From positions 1,823 to 65,822 of the forward strand of contig JABDLA010000135.1 in NCBI GenBank assembly GCA_013001965.1: DNA of 64,000 bases, read 5' to 3'. The notes under the pieces were generated by a model. The model had not been told where the DNA came from. It ran no database searches and was given only the letters and a program-made list of their open reading frames with translations. The DNA comes from Flavobacteriaceae bacterium (GTDB lineage: Bacteria; Bacteroidota; Bacteroidia; Flavobacteriales; Flavobacteriaceae). The translations under genes were made by a program, and so were the position numbers. How positions within the stretch are numbered: position 1 is the stretch's first letter; each line of letters opens with the position of its first letter. Positions 48,178 through 57,792 of the stretch are shown piece by piece.

Positions 48178-48480
48178 CTATATCTGTTCGGGGGGACGAT
48201 ACGTAGAATTTAAATCAGGATTATAATATGAATTCCTATTGAAGTTACTGAACTTCAAATTGGCCTGGAATATCACGCCTTCAGAATTGCCAAAATTATT
48301 ATAGACATCTAGTTCAAAAAGTTCTCTGAGCTCATTTTCTTCTCCTTCATTTTCTTCTTCTCCCAGATTAATAAAGCTCTCAATATTAACTTCCTTATCG
48401 TTTAATATCATAAACGTAGGGCAGGTTATAAATGTTAAGAATATGCAAGCAAATAAAAATGTAATGCCGTTACTTTTCAT
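48178..48480 (-). CDS. Hypothetical small membrane-anchored protein
   Basis: 100 aa with an N-terminal TM and an acidic stretch EEENEGEENE. Has its own -7 box. Confidence 0.5.
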   Translation of the reverse strand: MKSNGITFLFACIFLTFITCPTFMILNDKEVNIESFINLGEEENEGEENELRELFELDVYNNFGNSEGVIFQANLKFSNFNRNSYYNPDLNSTYRPPEQI

Positions 48481-48500
48481 CTAAAATTCTGGTTGAACGG

Positions 48501-48508
48501 CAAATATA
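48501..48508 (-). promoter_or_regulatory. -7 box (TATATTTG on the minus strand) for gene 48178..48480
   Basis: Plus-strand CAAATATA 21 nt upstream of the ATG. Confidence 0.4.
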
Positions 48509-48541
48509 ATATTTAACTCTAATGAAAATGTTAAAGATGTT

Positions 48542-49306
48542 TTAAAAATTATTCAACTGCCTGATATCCTCAGTTGAAATCCATCCGGTTTTACCATCGC
48601 TGAGTTTGATCTTTGCCCAGCTTTCATTAAAGTTTTCGAGAATCTGAACCTTTGTGCCTTCATGAAGATTGAAAGCCGTTTCACTTCTCAAATTCGGTTC
48701 CACATGTATTTCCGTCTCCTGGGCAAAGACTATTGCAGGCCTGTCTTTTTGAACACTATTATATTTTTGAAATGCAAAAGTTAATGTGAGTAATCCAAAG
48801 AACAGGAAAGAAAAACTCGATAAGAACAACAGTCGTTTTTTGGTTGTAGCATGGGAGAAATAATAGGTTAAAAAGAGCAGCACGAACATAAAACAAAAAG
48901 CAACCGACAGCACTGCCCATATATCAAAATTAAACAGGTTCACAACATTCTTAACCAATTTCGAAACACCAGCCTCAGGTATTGTTTCAATGGCGTCGAT
49001 GGTCATGTTTTGAGCAAAAGACAAATTGTTTTTTATCTCTTTGTCATTTGGATCTAACTGAAGCGCCTTCTCATAAAAGAAAATGCTAGGAGCCACCTGG
49101 TTGGTCTTATAATAGGCATTTGCCAAATTAAAATAGAGCTCGGCCGAATGTTCACCTTTATCCAATATGCTTTCATAGGCATAAATGGCCTCCTGAAATT
49201 GTCCGTTATTATAATATTCGTTGCCTTGTTTAAAGGCCGAATAATTAGCCTGGGCAAAAATTGCAGGGCCTACAAGTAATAAAAATATGTAGCTGATTTT
49301 ACGCAT
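48542..49306 (-). CDS. batE: BatE-like TPR + SH3 domain protein
   Basis: About 254 aa from MRKISYIFLL. TPR repeats, two TM segments, and a C-terminal SH3-like block (W.KIKLSDGKTGWI). Confidence 0.75.
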   Translation of the reverse strand: MRKISYIFLLLVGPAIFAQANYSAFKQGNEYYNNGQFQEAIYAYESILDKGEHSAELYFNLANAYYKTNQVAPSIFFYEKALQLDPNDKEIKNNLSFAQNMTIDAIETIPEAGVSKLVKNVVNLFNFDIWAVLSVAFCFMFVLLFLTYYFSHATTKKRLLFLSSFSFLFFGLLTLTFAFQKYNSVQKDRPAIVFAQETEIHVEPNLRSETAFNLHEGTKVQILENFNESWAKIKLSDGKTGWISTEDIRQLNNF

Positions 49307-49310
49307 ATAT

Positions 49311-51095
49311 CTATGATCTAATCTGTTTATCAATTTCAGAAATAACCGTTGCCGCTTCATCATAATCATGCTTCATTTCGGCTCTTGAACTAGGCGTATA
49401 TCGAGCCAATTCGCAACTTTTGAGTAATTCTATAAATGACGCTATTTGCGTGTCACCAACCATCCTTTTGGCCAGCACATCGTTGATCTTTTCTTTGCTA
49501 AACTCACTCGTTTCAAGATTGAGCTTGGCTTTTAAATAATTGTGTAAGGCTCTATGCAGTGCATCATAAAAGCGTTCTTTTTGTCCGAGGTTTTGTTTGG
49601 CTTCACCAAGATACTTTTTGGCCAGTTTATTCGCTCTTCTCATTTTATTCCCAACGATATCATTCTCTCGTTCTTCTCTTCTTCGCTTCACAAGTAAAGC
49701 CAATGGAATGGCTATAAGCGGTGCAATCAAAGATCCCCAAAACAATTTCGATTTAAAGAAATATGAAGGTTTTGTACTCAGCAGTTTGGTGTTCGTTTTA
49801 AATGAAGCGAATTGATTTGATGATGAGATGGCCTGTTTATTATTCTCGCTAACGGCATTTGTAGTTGCTGACGAATTAATAGGCCCGTCTGTCACATTAA
49901 TGATCAACTCACTTGAGCTCCTTGTTTCATAGCGATCCGTTTTCGGATTAAAGAATGAAAAGGAAATACTTGGAATTGGATATTTGCCTTGATATTGGGG
50001 AACAATGGTGTAGGCATCTGAAATCTTGCCCTGCATGCCTGAGAGATTTGTGCTTACTTTTTCGGTATGTTCCGGTTCATAGACTTCCAGAGAACTTGGC
50101 AAACTTATTTTAGGTAATTTAAATAATTTCAAATTGCCCTTGCCCGATACCTCCACATGAGCTACTAATGCTTCGGTGGCCTTGAGCTCATTTTTTGTTG
50201 TGGTTACCCTGAAACTAAAATCACCAACCGCACCGTTAAAATTAAGAGGCCTTCCCTCCTCCGGCAATGGTTTTACATTGATCGTTCTATTGCCTGCAGC
50301 AACTGTCCTGTGAACCGATTGCATCAAACGGCCACCAAATATATCCCGCTTATTCGTTGGAACTTCAACCGTAATATCAAGCGTTAAAGGTTCTATATTT
50401 AGCTTTCCTGTTTTTTGAGGGTAAAGCACTGTTTTTCTTAAAACAACATACCGATAATCCTCGCCTTTATAAGTGCCATTTTGAACTTTGAGCCCCTTCA
50501 TGTCAATATTCTGGCTCCAAAAATCGTTATATCTAGGATTGTCAATTTCACGCCAATTGCTGACGCCTGTATTTGGAGAAACATATAGTTTATAAACCAC
50601 TGTAATGGCCTCATTCAAATACGGATTACTATCGGACACCTCGGCGACAAGATGTATATTTTGAGATACGATATAATCGGGGTCGTTGGGATCAGTCGGT
50701 TTATCAACGGCCGCGCTCACAACCACTTTAACCGGAATGGATTTATATATATTACCTTTTATTTCAATAGTGGCTTGTCCTATGGTGAAGGTCCCGCGTT
50801 TCTTCGGTGCCAGGAAGTAGCTGTATGTCTTGGAATAGGAACGTTTTCCATTGATCCAGGAATTGCTTATTGACGTATTGGGACCACCTACAACCGTGAA
50901 ATTCTCAAACCCAGGAGGGTTAAAATTATCACCGTCCTTATTCATAATAAAATCAACTCTTAAGCGCTCATTGATTCCAAGCTTTTTCTTACTTAGCTTG
51001 GCCTCAAATTGTACCGTTTCGATCTCGTCCTGCCCAAATGATACATTCAGACAAAGCGTCACAAAAAGAAGGGTTATGATCTTTATGTTTTTCAT
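49311..51095 (-). CDS. batD: BatD-like oxygen-tolerance protein
   Basis: 594 aa with a signal peptide, repeated beta-rich modules, a late TM and a helical tail. Position in the Bat operon fits. Confidence 0.75.
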   Translation of the reverse strand: MKNIKIITLLFVTLCLNVSFGQDEIETVQFEAKLSKKKLGINERLRVDFIMNKDGDNFNPPGFENFTVVGGPNTSISNSWINGKRSYSKTYSYFLAPKKRGTFTIGQATIEIKGNIYKSIPVKVVVSAAVDKPTDPNDPDYIVSQNIHLVAEVSDSNPYLNEAITVVYKLYVSPNTGVSNWREIDNPRYNDFWSQNIDMKGLKVQNGTYKGEDYRYVVLRKTVLYPQKTGKLNIEPLTLDITVEVPTNKRDIFGGRLMQSVHRTVAAGNRTINVKPLPEEGRPLNFNGAVGDFSFRVTTTKNELKATEALVAHVEVSGKGNLKLFKLPKISLPSSLEVYEPEHTEKVSTNLSGMQGKISDAYTIVPQYQGKYPIPSISFSFFNPKTDRYETRSSSELIINVTDGPINSSATTNAVSENNKQAISSSNQFASFKTNTKLLSTKPSYFFKSKLFWGSLIAPLIAIPLALLVKRRREERENDIVGNKMRRANKLAKKYLGEAKQNLGQKERFYDALHRALHNYLKAKLNLETSEFSKEKINDVLAKRMVGDTQIASFIELLKSCELARYTPSSRAEMKHDYDEAATVISEIDKQIRS

Positions 51096-51098
51096 AGG

Positions 51099-51986
51099 TT
51101 ACCAGTCTTTTTCAGTTCTCACTTTCACACCTTTTGTTTTCTGGGCGTTGATTTTTTCCTGAACCTTTTTTTCCTGATTATTCATTGCTTCAAGCAAATT
51201 CTTCACTTGTTGGGGCGACAGTTTTCCTGGCTGTGCTTGTTGTTGTTTTTTTCGTTGTTCGTTGGGGTTATTCTCCTGCTTATTATCCTTTTCATCGCTT
51301 GGTTTGCCATTATCATCCTCCTTATCATCACCTTCATTTTGTTCCTGTTTATCATCACCTTCACTATCCTGCTCTTCCTGATCCTCGCCTTCTTCCTTTT
51401 GATCTTCATTTTCATTCTCGCTCTCATCCGGATTCTTATTCTCATCCTGCTCGTCTTCACCGTCCCCACCACCTTGATTTTTCGCACATTCTTTGGCTAA
51501 TGCAAGATTGTAACGTGACTCATCATCAGTAGGATCATTTCGTAAGGCATTCTTATAGGCTTCAACAGCCTCTTTACAGAGCTCCTTGTCCATCAAGATA
51601 TTTCCAATATTATGAAAGGCGGCATGTTTTTCCTTCTTCGAACCCGCATTTTGGGTGGTTTCCAAATGTCTTAATAAGGCCTCGTCCAAATGTCCAGAAT
51701 TGTAGTAGGCATTTCCAAGATTATAGCTTCCAACAGCATTTGATGGTAATTTGGAAATCGCCTTCCTATATTCTTTCTCTGCTTCAACAAAATCCTCTTC
51801 TACAAGGTTATTGCCTTCATAAATCAGATCATTGGACTTTTTCAATGTGAGCTCATTACCCTGAGCCGTCGCCAGGGAAACAGAGAGTAGGCACAAAAAC
51901 AATAAAACACATTGAGAAGCTCTTAAAGTCATTGTTCTTAAAGGATTTAACTCGAATATTAGTAATTTTTTGTGTGAAAAAATCAT
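51099..51986 (-). CDS. batC: BatC-like TPR protein with acidic low-complexity region
   Basis: 295 aa with TPR repeats followed by an 80-aa D/E/N/Q-rich tract. ATGA overlap with the batB stop. An alternative start at MTLRAS is possible. Confidence 0.72.
   Translation of the reverse strand: MIFSHKKLLIFELNPLRTMTLRASQCVLLFLCLLSVSLATAQGNELTLKKSNDLIYEGNNLVEEDFVEAEKEYRKAISKLPSNAVGSYNLGNAYYNSGHLDEALLRHLETTQNAGSKKEKHAAFHNIGNILMDKELCKEAVEAYKNALRNDPTDDESRYNLALAKECAKNQGGGDGEDEQDENKNPDESENENEDQKEEGEDQEEQDSEGDDKQEQNEGDDKEDDNGKPSDEKDNKQENNPNEQRKKQQQAQPGKLSPQQVKNLLEAMNNQEKKVQEKINAQKTKGVKVRTEKDW
51237..51476 (-). other. Acidic low-complexity coding tract inside batC
   Basis: GGGDGEDEQDENKNPDESENENEDQKEEGEDQEEQDSEGDDKQEQNEGDDKEDDNG... 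This tract produces spurious ORFs in several frames. Confidence 0.85.
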
Positions 51987-53020
51987 AAGTTTTCGTTAAA
52001 TAAATTTAAACGTCTTAACCAGGCCGTCTTGCGTTCTAGCAAAAAGATGTCAACGAATAAAAAGAAAACGGCAAAGCCTAAAAACCACTGAAATTGATCT
52101 TTATACTCAGCAAATTGCTTGGCTTCAAATTCCTTTTTATCCATTTTATTTAAAATTTCTCTTATAGTTTCCACGACCTCATTGGTGTTTCTGCCGTTAA
52201 TATATTGACCATTTGCCTCTTCAGCAATATCAATCAGGGTTTCTTCATCCAGTTTCGTTATAACAGTTTCTCCGCTATTATCCTTTTTATAATTTAAGAC
52301 GATCTCATTTCTTTTGATTGGTATAGGCGCTCCTTTTGTACTTCCGACGCCGATGGTAAATATTTTTATTCCTTCTTCCGAAGCCGCTTCTGCAACTTCA
52401 ACCGCTACATTGTTATGATCCTCTCCATCAGAAATTATGATCAACACACGATTGGTTTGATCATCATCATCATAATAGGTTCTTGCCAATTGTATCGCTT
52501 CGTCAATGGCGGTTCCCTGTGATGAGAGCATTTCCGTATTCATGCTTTGAAGGAACATTTTTGCAGACGCATAATCTGTCGTTATTGGCAGTTGTGGAAA
52601 GGCTTTCCCGGCATAGGCGATGATCCCAACTCTGTCACTCGCTAAATTATTGATGATCTGAGTGACCAGTTGTTTCGATTTTTCCATACGGTTAGGCGCT
52701 ATATCTTCGGCCAGCATACTTTTGGAAACATCTACCGCAAACACTATATCCACCCCTTCCCGTTTCACGGTTTCAAGTTTGGTCCCAATTTTAGGATTAA
52801 CCAGGGCAATCGATAAGCAACCAAATGCCATACTGATCACCATGACCTTCAAGAGCGATTTAAACAAGGACCTGTTAGGACTCAACCGATCGAGTAAGTG
52901 GCGGTCGGCGAATTTCTTCTGCCTGTTGTTTTTCCAGATCAGAAGCAATACAAAAAACATGACGATCGCCGGAATGATCAACAATGTCCAAAACCATATA
53001 TGTTCTTCTAACTGATACAT
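51983..53020 (-). CDS. batB: BatB-like VWA domain membrane protein
   Basis: 345 aa with an N-terminal TM, MIDAS motif DIVFAVDVSKSM and a C-terminal TM. Confidence 0.82.
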   Translation of the reverse strand: MYQLEEHIWFWTLLIIPAIVMFFVLLLIWKNNRQKKFADRHLLDRLSPNRSLFKSLLKVMVISMAFGCLSIALVNPKIGTKLETVKREGVDIVFAVDVSKSMLAEDIAPNRMEKSKQLVTQIINNLASDRVGIIAYAGKAFPQLPITTDYASAKMFLQSMNTEMLSSQGTAIDEAIQLARTYYDDDDQTNRVLIIISDGEDHNNVAVEVAEAASEEGIKIFTIGVGSTKGAPIPIKRNEIVLNYKKDNSGETVITKLDEETLIDIAEEANGQYINGRNTNEVVETIREILNKMDKKEFEAKQFAEYKDQFQWFLGFAVFFLFVDIFLLERKTAWLRRLNLFNENL

Positions 53021-54025
53021 TTATACAAAGCTTCTAAATAGTGTAAATTTTAACAGCATTTCCAAAATCAAAAACAATCCTGCCAATATGACCAGGGGGC
53101 GGTATTTTTCTTCATAGTTGTAGAATTTGAATTCTTCCACATCTGTTTTTTCCAGTTTATCAATCTCTTTATAGATCTCCTTTAATTTCTTATTATCAGT
53201 CGCCCTAAAATATTGCCCTCCGGTAACGTCGGCGATCTCCTGTAAGAGGGTCTCATCAATTTCTACCTGAACGCGGCCATACTGAAATTTACCATCACGT
53301 GATAAGGCCACCGGAGATAAAGCCATTCCGTTTGTTCCCAATCCTATGGTATAGGTCTTGATCCCATATTCAACGGCGAGTTCACTTGCCGTATTAGGAT
53401 CTATAAAGCCTGAGTTATTGACGCCATCGGTCAGTAGAATGATCACCTTGCTTTTTGCCTTGCTGTCTTTTATGCGATTAACTGCAGTTGCCAGGCCCAT
53501 TCCTATAGCTGTTCCACCTTCAATAATCGTATTATACTTGATCTCCTTTAAGGATCTGAGCACAATGGATTTATCACTGGTTATCGGTGTTTTGGTATAA
53601 CTTTCTCCTGCGTATTCCACCAGACCGATCCTGTCATTTGGTCGTCCTTGAATGAACTCGGCAGCTACATTTTTCAGGGCTTCAAGCCTGTTTGGTTTAA
53701 GGTCCTTAGCCAGCATACTTGCTGAAACATCGATAGCCATGACAATATCGATACCTCTGGTCGTTTTGGTTCTGGTTGAAACATCAACGGTTTGAGGCCG
53801 AGCCATGGCGGTAATGATCAAAGCCAAAGCCGCCATTCTCAATATAAATAGAAGGTGTTTCAATTTTGGAAGCCATGACGGGCTTGCCTTAAATCCCTTA
53901 AGACTCGATATGCGCAATTCGGCTGTTTGTTTCTTATATTTAAAAATATGCCATATCAGGGCCAATGGCAGTAGGAGAAACAACCAGAACATATTTTTAT
54001 TTAAAAACTCAATACCTTCTAACAC
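53021..54025 (-). CDS. batA: BatA-like VWA domain membrane protein
   Basis: 334 aa with MIDAS motif DIVMAIDVSASM. Apparent GTG start overlaps the upstream stop by 1 nt. Confidence 0.82.
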   Translation of the reverse strand: MLEGIEFLNKNMFWLFLLLPLALIWHIFKYKKQTAELRISSLKGFKASPSWLPKLKHLLFILRMAALALIITAMARPQTVDVSTRTKTTRGIDIVMAIDVSASMLAKDLKPNRLEALKNVAAEFIQGRPNDRIGLVEYAGESYTKTPITSDKSIVLRSLKEIKYNTIIEGGTAIGMGLATAVNRIKDSKAKSKVIILLTDGVNNSGFIDPNTASELAVEYGIKTYTIGLGTNGMALSPVALSRDGKFQYGRVQVEIDETLLQEIADVTGGQYFRATDNKKLKEIYKEIDKLEKTDVEEFKFYNYEEKYRPLVILAGLFLILEMLLKFTLFRSFV

Positions 54026-55710
54026 TATTTATCTTTTTCTTCTAACTTAAGTAATTCAACTGAATTCGATACTCGCTCAATGATTTGATCGGCATAAACA
54101 TCGCCACTCATCCAGAGCATAACAATTTGCTGACGCACATTCTTAGATCTGAAATGCAGTAATACATATTCTGTTTTTATTTTTTCATCACCTTCCTCCA
54201 GGCCTATGTCCATGGATCCAAAAGTTTTAATGCCTTCTTGTCCATTAGGTGTGATAAATTGCTCTCGTCTTACCGATATATTTGTGGCGCCCTGCTCTTC
54301 AAATTTCGCCAAATAGCCTTCTGAAGCTTTGAGCAGATCCTTCCCAATTTCCTCTTCGTTATTAAATTGTTTTTCCTCTTCCGGTGATAAAATAAATCGC
54401 GTATTGCTCAACTCAATTTTAATATGACCGTCTGTTGAAAGGAATTGAAACGAGGCATCCTGAATCCGCTCTTTCAACTCCTCAGGAACTAATGAAGGCA
54501 CGCGCTCAAGAACCTCGGGCGTTGTTATAATAATCCCTGGTGCGCCATATTCGCTTGTAACCCACTCCTTTTGTTCCAATAGCTTTTTGGTGGGATGTCC
54601 TAAAATTGAATCCTTTACATAATTGAATCCATAATGCAAACTGAATCCAACAAAGGTTCCAATAAGTAAAAGCACAGCTACTGCTGCGGTGATTATGATT
54701 TGTTTTCTTCTTTTCTTCTTTGCCTGTTCTTCCCTGTATTTCATATCAGCCAGGCGTTCTTCCTCAGTAGGTTCAGGAAGTGATTCTTTGACATGATCTA
54801 TTTCAAGATCAATTGTATCTCTGTCGATCTTAGCCAATTCCTTATCTGGCCTTGCTTTTGCAAATTTTACCAGATCGGCTCTTCTGAAAATTGTTTCAAA
54901 ATTAGCAATAGTATCGGCGTCCAGATCGATTTGATTTCCATCCTTGAGAAGTTGCAATCTATTTATCAATTCTTCAGTAGTACTTTCCAGAGAATGGTCA
55001 TATACCTTTTCGTCGAGATATTTTCGAATGATCAGCGTAAGTTCGGAATAATAGGATTTGATCTCATCATTTTCAAGGTAACTCGATCGTTCCAACTCCT
55101 GAAGCGCCATTTTTGCTCTTTCATAGGGAGGCAGTAAGGCAATTTTTTCTTCTACTGAAAGCGGTTTTTTCCGCCAGACAAACCAATAGACCAGAAATCC
55201 TATTAGGGCAAGGGCAAGTAAAATGAAAATCAAATTTCTCAGCCAGTTGCCTGAGCTTTTTTCAACTTCAAAAATGGGTTTAATATCATATAATTTCTGT
55301 TTGGTGGTATCGACCTCTACAGTACGCACTTCAACCTTTAATGAATCTGTAAAAAAGCGTTTATCACCAATAAGTATCGTCTGCTGCGGAATGGTATATG
55401 ATCCCGAATCAAATTGGGTCAATCCATATTTCTTAATCAGCTGATATTTCGCATTTTTCAAGGTACTGTCAATGTCGTAGGCTTCAATAACTTCCAACGG
55501 TAAAAAACTTTGACCCTCAGGGAATATGACCATATCTGTGGTGTCAGATTCCACCTCGATCTTATAGGTGATCTGTTCGCCAATTTTAATAGAGGTCGAA
55601 TCTATAGAAGATTTTACCTGAGCAAATGAGAAGGACGAAAAAAGGCATAAAAATATCAGAAGCCTTTGGCCTGTTATCGATGATTTTATGTTTAATATCC
55701 CCTTTCCCAT
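54025..55710 (-). CDS. Bat-operon protein: BatD-N-like beta domain + DUF4381-like segment + unknown C-terminal domain
   Basis: 561 aa. Signal peptide, TM followed by PP.ERA...L..L...YY..L..I.RKYL....D.VKFAK..P pattern, a second TM, then about 200 aa of unknown sequence. Confidence 0.6.
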   Translation of the reverse strand: MGKGILNIKSSITGQRLLIFLCLFSSFSFAQVKSSIDSTSIKIGEQITYKIEVESDTTDMVIFPEGQSFLPLEVIEAYDIDSTLKNAKYQLIKKYGLTQFDSGSYTIPQQTILIGDKRFFTDSLKVEVRTVEVDTTKQKLYDIKPIFEVEKSSGNWLRNLIFILLALALIGFLVYWFVWRKKPLSVEEKIALLPPYERAKMALQELERSSYLENDEIKSYYSELTLIIRKYLDEKVYDHSLESTTEELINRLQLLKDGNQIDLDADTIANFETIFRRADLVKFAKARPDKELAKIDRDTIDLEIDHVKESLPEPTEEERLADMKYREEQAKKKRRKQIIITAAVAVLLLIGTFVGFSLHYGFNYVKDSILGHPTKKLLEQKEWVTSEYGAPGIIITTPEVLERVPSLVPEELKERIQDASFQFLSTDGHIKIELSNTRFILSPEEEKQFNNEEEIGKDLLKASEGYLAKFEEQGATNISVRREQFITPNGQEGIKTFGSMDIGLEEGDEKIKTEYVLLHFRSKNVRQQIVMLWMSGDVYADQIIERVSNSVELLKLEEKDK

Positions 55711-55719
55711 AGTTTTGTT

Positions 55720-56586
55720 TTAAGCACGGCGCTTAAAATATCCAAGCAGTTTCTTGACATAGCTTTCATCCACACGGCAATGAATCATTCCAGCACCAGA
55801 TTTAGTGAAACTGTCTTTAAAATAATTGACCTTTTCGGCATAATATCTTGCGTAATTATGACGTACCTTCCTGGATGAGGTGTTGATCAGCATGCTCTCC
55901 CCTAATTCTTCATCATACATCTGAACCATGCCCAAATTAGGGATCGATTCCTCATGTTTATCGTAAATCCGAATTCCCGTAACATCATGTCGCCCAGAAG
56001 CTATCTTAAGTGTATGCTGATAGTCTTCGGTTATAAAATCGGACATGATGAAAACGATAGCCCTTTTTTTCATTACGTTCGACAGAAATTTCAGTGCTTC
56101 CGCCAGGTTGGTTCGTTTGCTTTGAGGTTTGAACTCAATGAGTTCGCGAATGATCCTCAACACATGAGAGCGTCCTTTTTTTGGTGGGATATAAAGCTCA
56201 ATGTCATCAGAAAAAAGTATCAATCCAATCTTATCATTATTTTGGGTGGCAGAAAATGCCAGAGTGGCTGCAATTTCTGTTACGATCTCGTTTTTAAAGC
56301 GCTTTTCAGTACCGAAAAATTCCGATCCGGAAATATCAACCATCAACATCATTGTGAGTTCTCTTTCCTCTTCAAAAACTTTTATGAAAGGCTCATTATA
56401 TCGTGCGGTAACATTCCAGTCTATACTTCTTACATCATCACCATATTGATACTGTCTTACCTCACTAAAGGTCATCCCACGCCCTTTAAAGGTTGAATGG
56501 TATTCACCTCCAAAAATATGATCAGACAAGCGTCTTGTCTTAATCTCAATTTTACGTACTTTTTTTAATAGTTCTTTAGTATCCAT
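55720..56586 (-). CDS. DUF58 family protein (VWA-like)
   Basis: 288 aa with RQYQYGDDVRSIDWNVTAR and MMLMVDISGS blocks, directly after the MoxR gene. Confidence 0.88.
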   Translation of the reverse strand: MDTKELLKKVRKIEIKTRRLSDHIFGGEYHSTFKGRGMTFSEVRQYQYGDDVRSIDWNVTARYNEPFIKVFEEERELTMMLMVDISGSEFFGTEKRFKNEIVTEIAATLAFSATQNNDKIGLILFSDDIELYIPPKKGRSHVLRIIRELIEFKPQSKRTNLAEALKFLSNVMKKRAIVFIMSDFITEDYQHTLKIASGRHDVTGIRIYDKHEESIPNLGMVQMYDEELGESMLINTSSRKVRHNYARYYAEKVNYFKDSFTKSGAGMIHCRVDESYVKKLLGYFKRRA

Positions 56587-56628
56587 AGTGTCATTCGGCA
56601 GTAATCAATCGTATCTGTAAATAAAATT

Positions 56629-57633
56629 CTATGGGACCTCTATTTCATTTACGATCTTATTGATGATGTCTTCTGATGTAACATTTTCAGCCTCGGCCTC
56701 ATAGGTAATTCCTATACGGTGTCGCAATACATCATGAACAATTGCGCGTACGTCCTCTGGAATAACATAACCTCTGCGTTTAATGAATGCGTAACATTTT
56801 GCAGCATTTGCGAGATTAATGCTTCCTCTGGGCGATGCGCCAAATGAAATTAATGGTTGTAAACTTGGTAGTCTGTAATCAGCGGGATTACGAGTAGCAA
56901 AAACAATATCGAGAATATATTTTTCAATCTTTTCATCCATATAGACCTCTCTTACAGCTTTTTGAGCATTTAAAATTTGATCAATGGAAACCACCGGATT
57001 GATCTTTTCAAAACCATCTTTTAGGTTGGCCCTTATAATGAGCTGCTCCTCATCCATTTTAGGATAGTCGATCACTGTCTTCAACATGAATCGATCAACC
57101 TGTGCTTCAGGAAGTGGATATGTCCCCTCCTGTTCAATTGGATTCTGAGTAGCCATAACCAAAAACGGTTTATCCAGAATAAAGGTTTCGTCACCTATGG
57201 TCACCTGCTTTTCCTGCATGGCTTCAAGAAGTGCCGACTGCACCTTGGCAGGCGCCCGGTTGATCTCATCGGCCAAAACGAAATTGGCGAAAATGGGCCC
57301 TTTTTTTATAAAGAAATCGTTCTTTTTTATATTATAGATCAGGGTCCCTACCACATCGGCCGGTAAAAGATCAGGCGTAAATTGAATCCGGCTAAAGCTT
57401 CCATGTACTGCTTGTGACAAGGTGTTTATCGCGAGGGTTTTTGCCAATCCGGGAACCCCTTCAAGAAGGATATGTCCCTGACCCAGCAATCCAATTAACA
57501 ATCGTTCAACCATCTGCTTCTGACCAACTATAACCTTATTGATTTCTAAGGTAAGCAGGTCAACAAACGCGCTTTCTTTTTCTATCTTTTCATTAATTTC
57601 TTTAATATCAATTGTGCTCTTATCCTCAATCAT
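56629..57633 (-). CDS. MoxR family AAA+ ATPase
   Basis: About 334 aa from MIEDKST (the ORF extends to 57678). Walker A GVPGLAKT, Walker B LADEINRA, and ATQNPIEQEGTYPLPEAQ.DRF. Confidence 0.92.
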   Translation of the reverse strand: MIEDKSTIDIKEINEKIEKESAFVDLLTLEINKVIVGQKQMVERLLIGLLGQGHILLEGVPGLAKTLAINTLSQAVHGSFSRIQFTPDLLPADVVGTLIYNIKKNDFFIKKGPIFANFVLADEINRAPAKVQSALLEAMQEKQVTIGDETFILDKPFLVMATQNPIEQEGTYPLPEAQVDRFMLKTVIDYPKMDEEQLIIRANLKDGFEKINPVVSIDQILNAQKAVREVYMDEKIEKYILDIVFATRNPADYRLPSLQPLISFGASPRGSINLANAAKCYAFIKRRGYVIPEDVRAIVHDVLRHRIGITYEAEAENVTSEDIINKIVNEIEVP

Positions 57634-57792
57634 AGTTTCATTTTTAAAGGTGTGAATATAGCTCGCATTTTTGAACACCGCAAATTGTTAAATTAATTGA
57701 TGCTCTGCTGTTAATAATTGGTTAAAAAATCCAGCATTTAAAAGCCTTTATCCGCTATAGTTTGCTATTTTTAAAGCACAATTCTACACTTA

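Noticed and set aside
51185-51532. Several 90-115 aa ORFs on both strands with repetitive His/Pro or Ile/Leu/Phe-rich translations
   Set aside because: They are artefacts of the purine-rich acidic low-complexity tract of batC. The batC frame is supported by its TPR domain and operon context.
55954-56496. 180-aa and 82-aa plus-strand ORFs opposite the DUF58 gene
   Set aside because: They are antisense to a conserved gene within a tightly packed minus-strand operon, with no promoter box or motifs.
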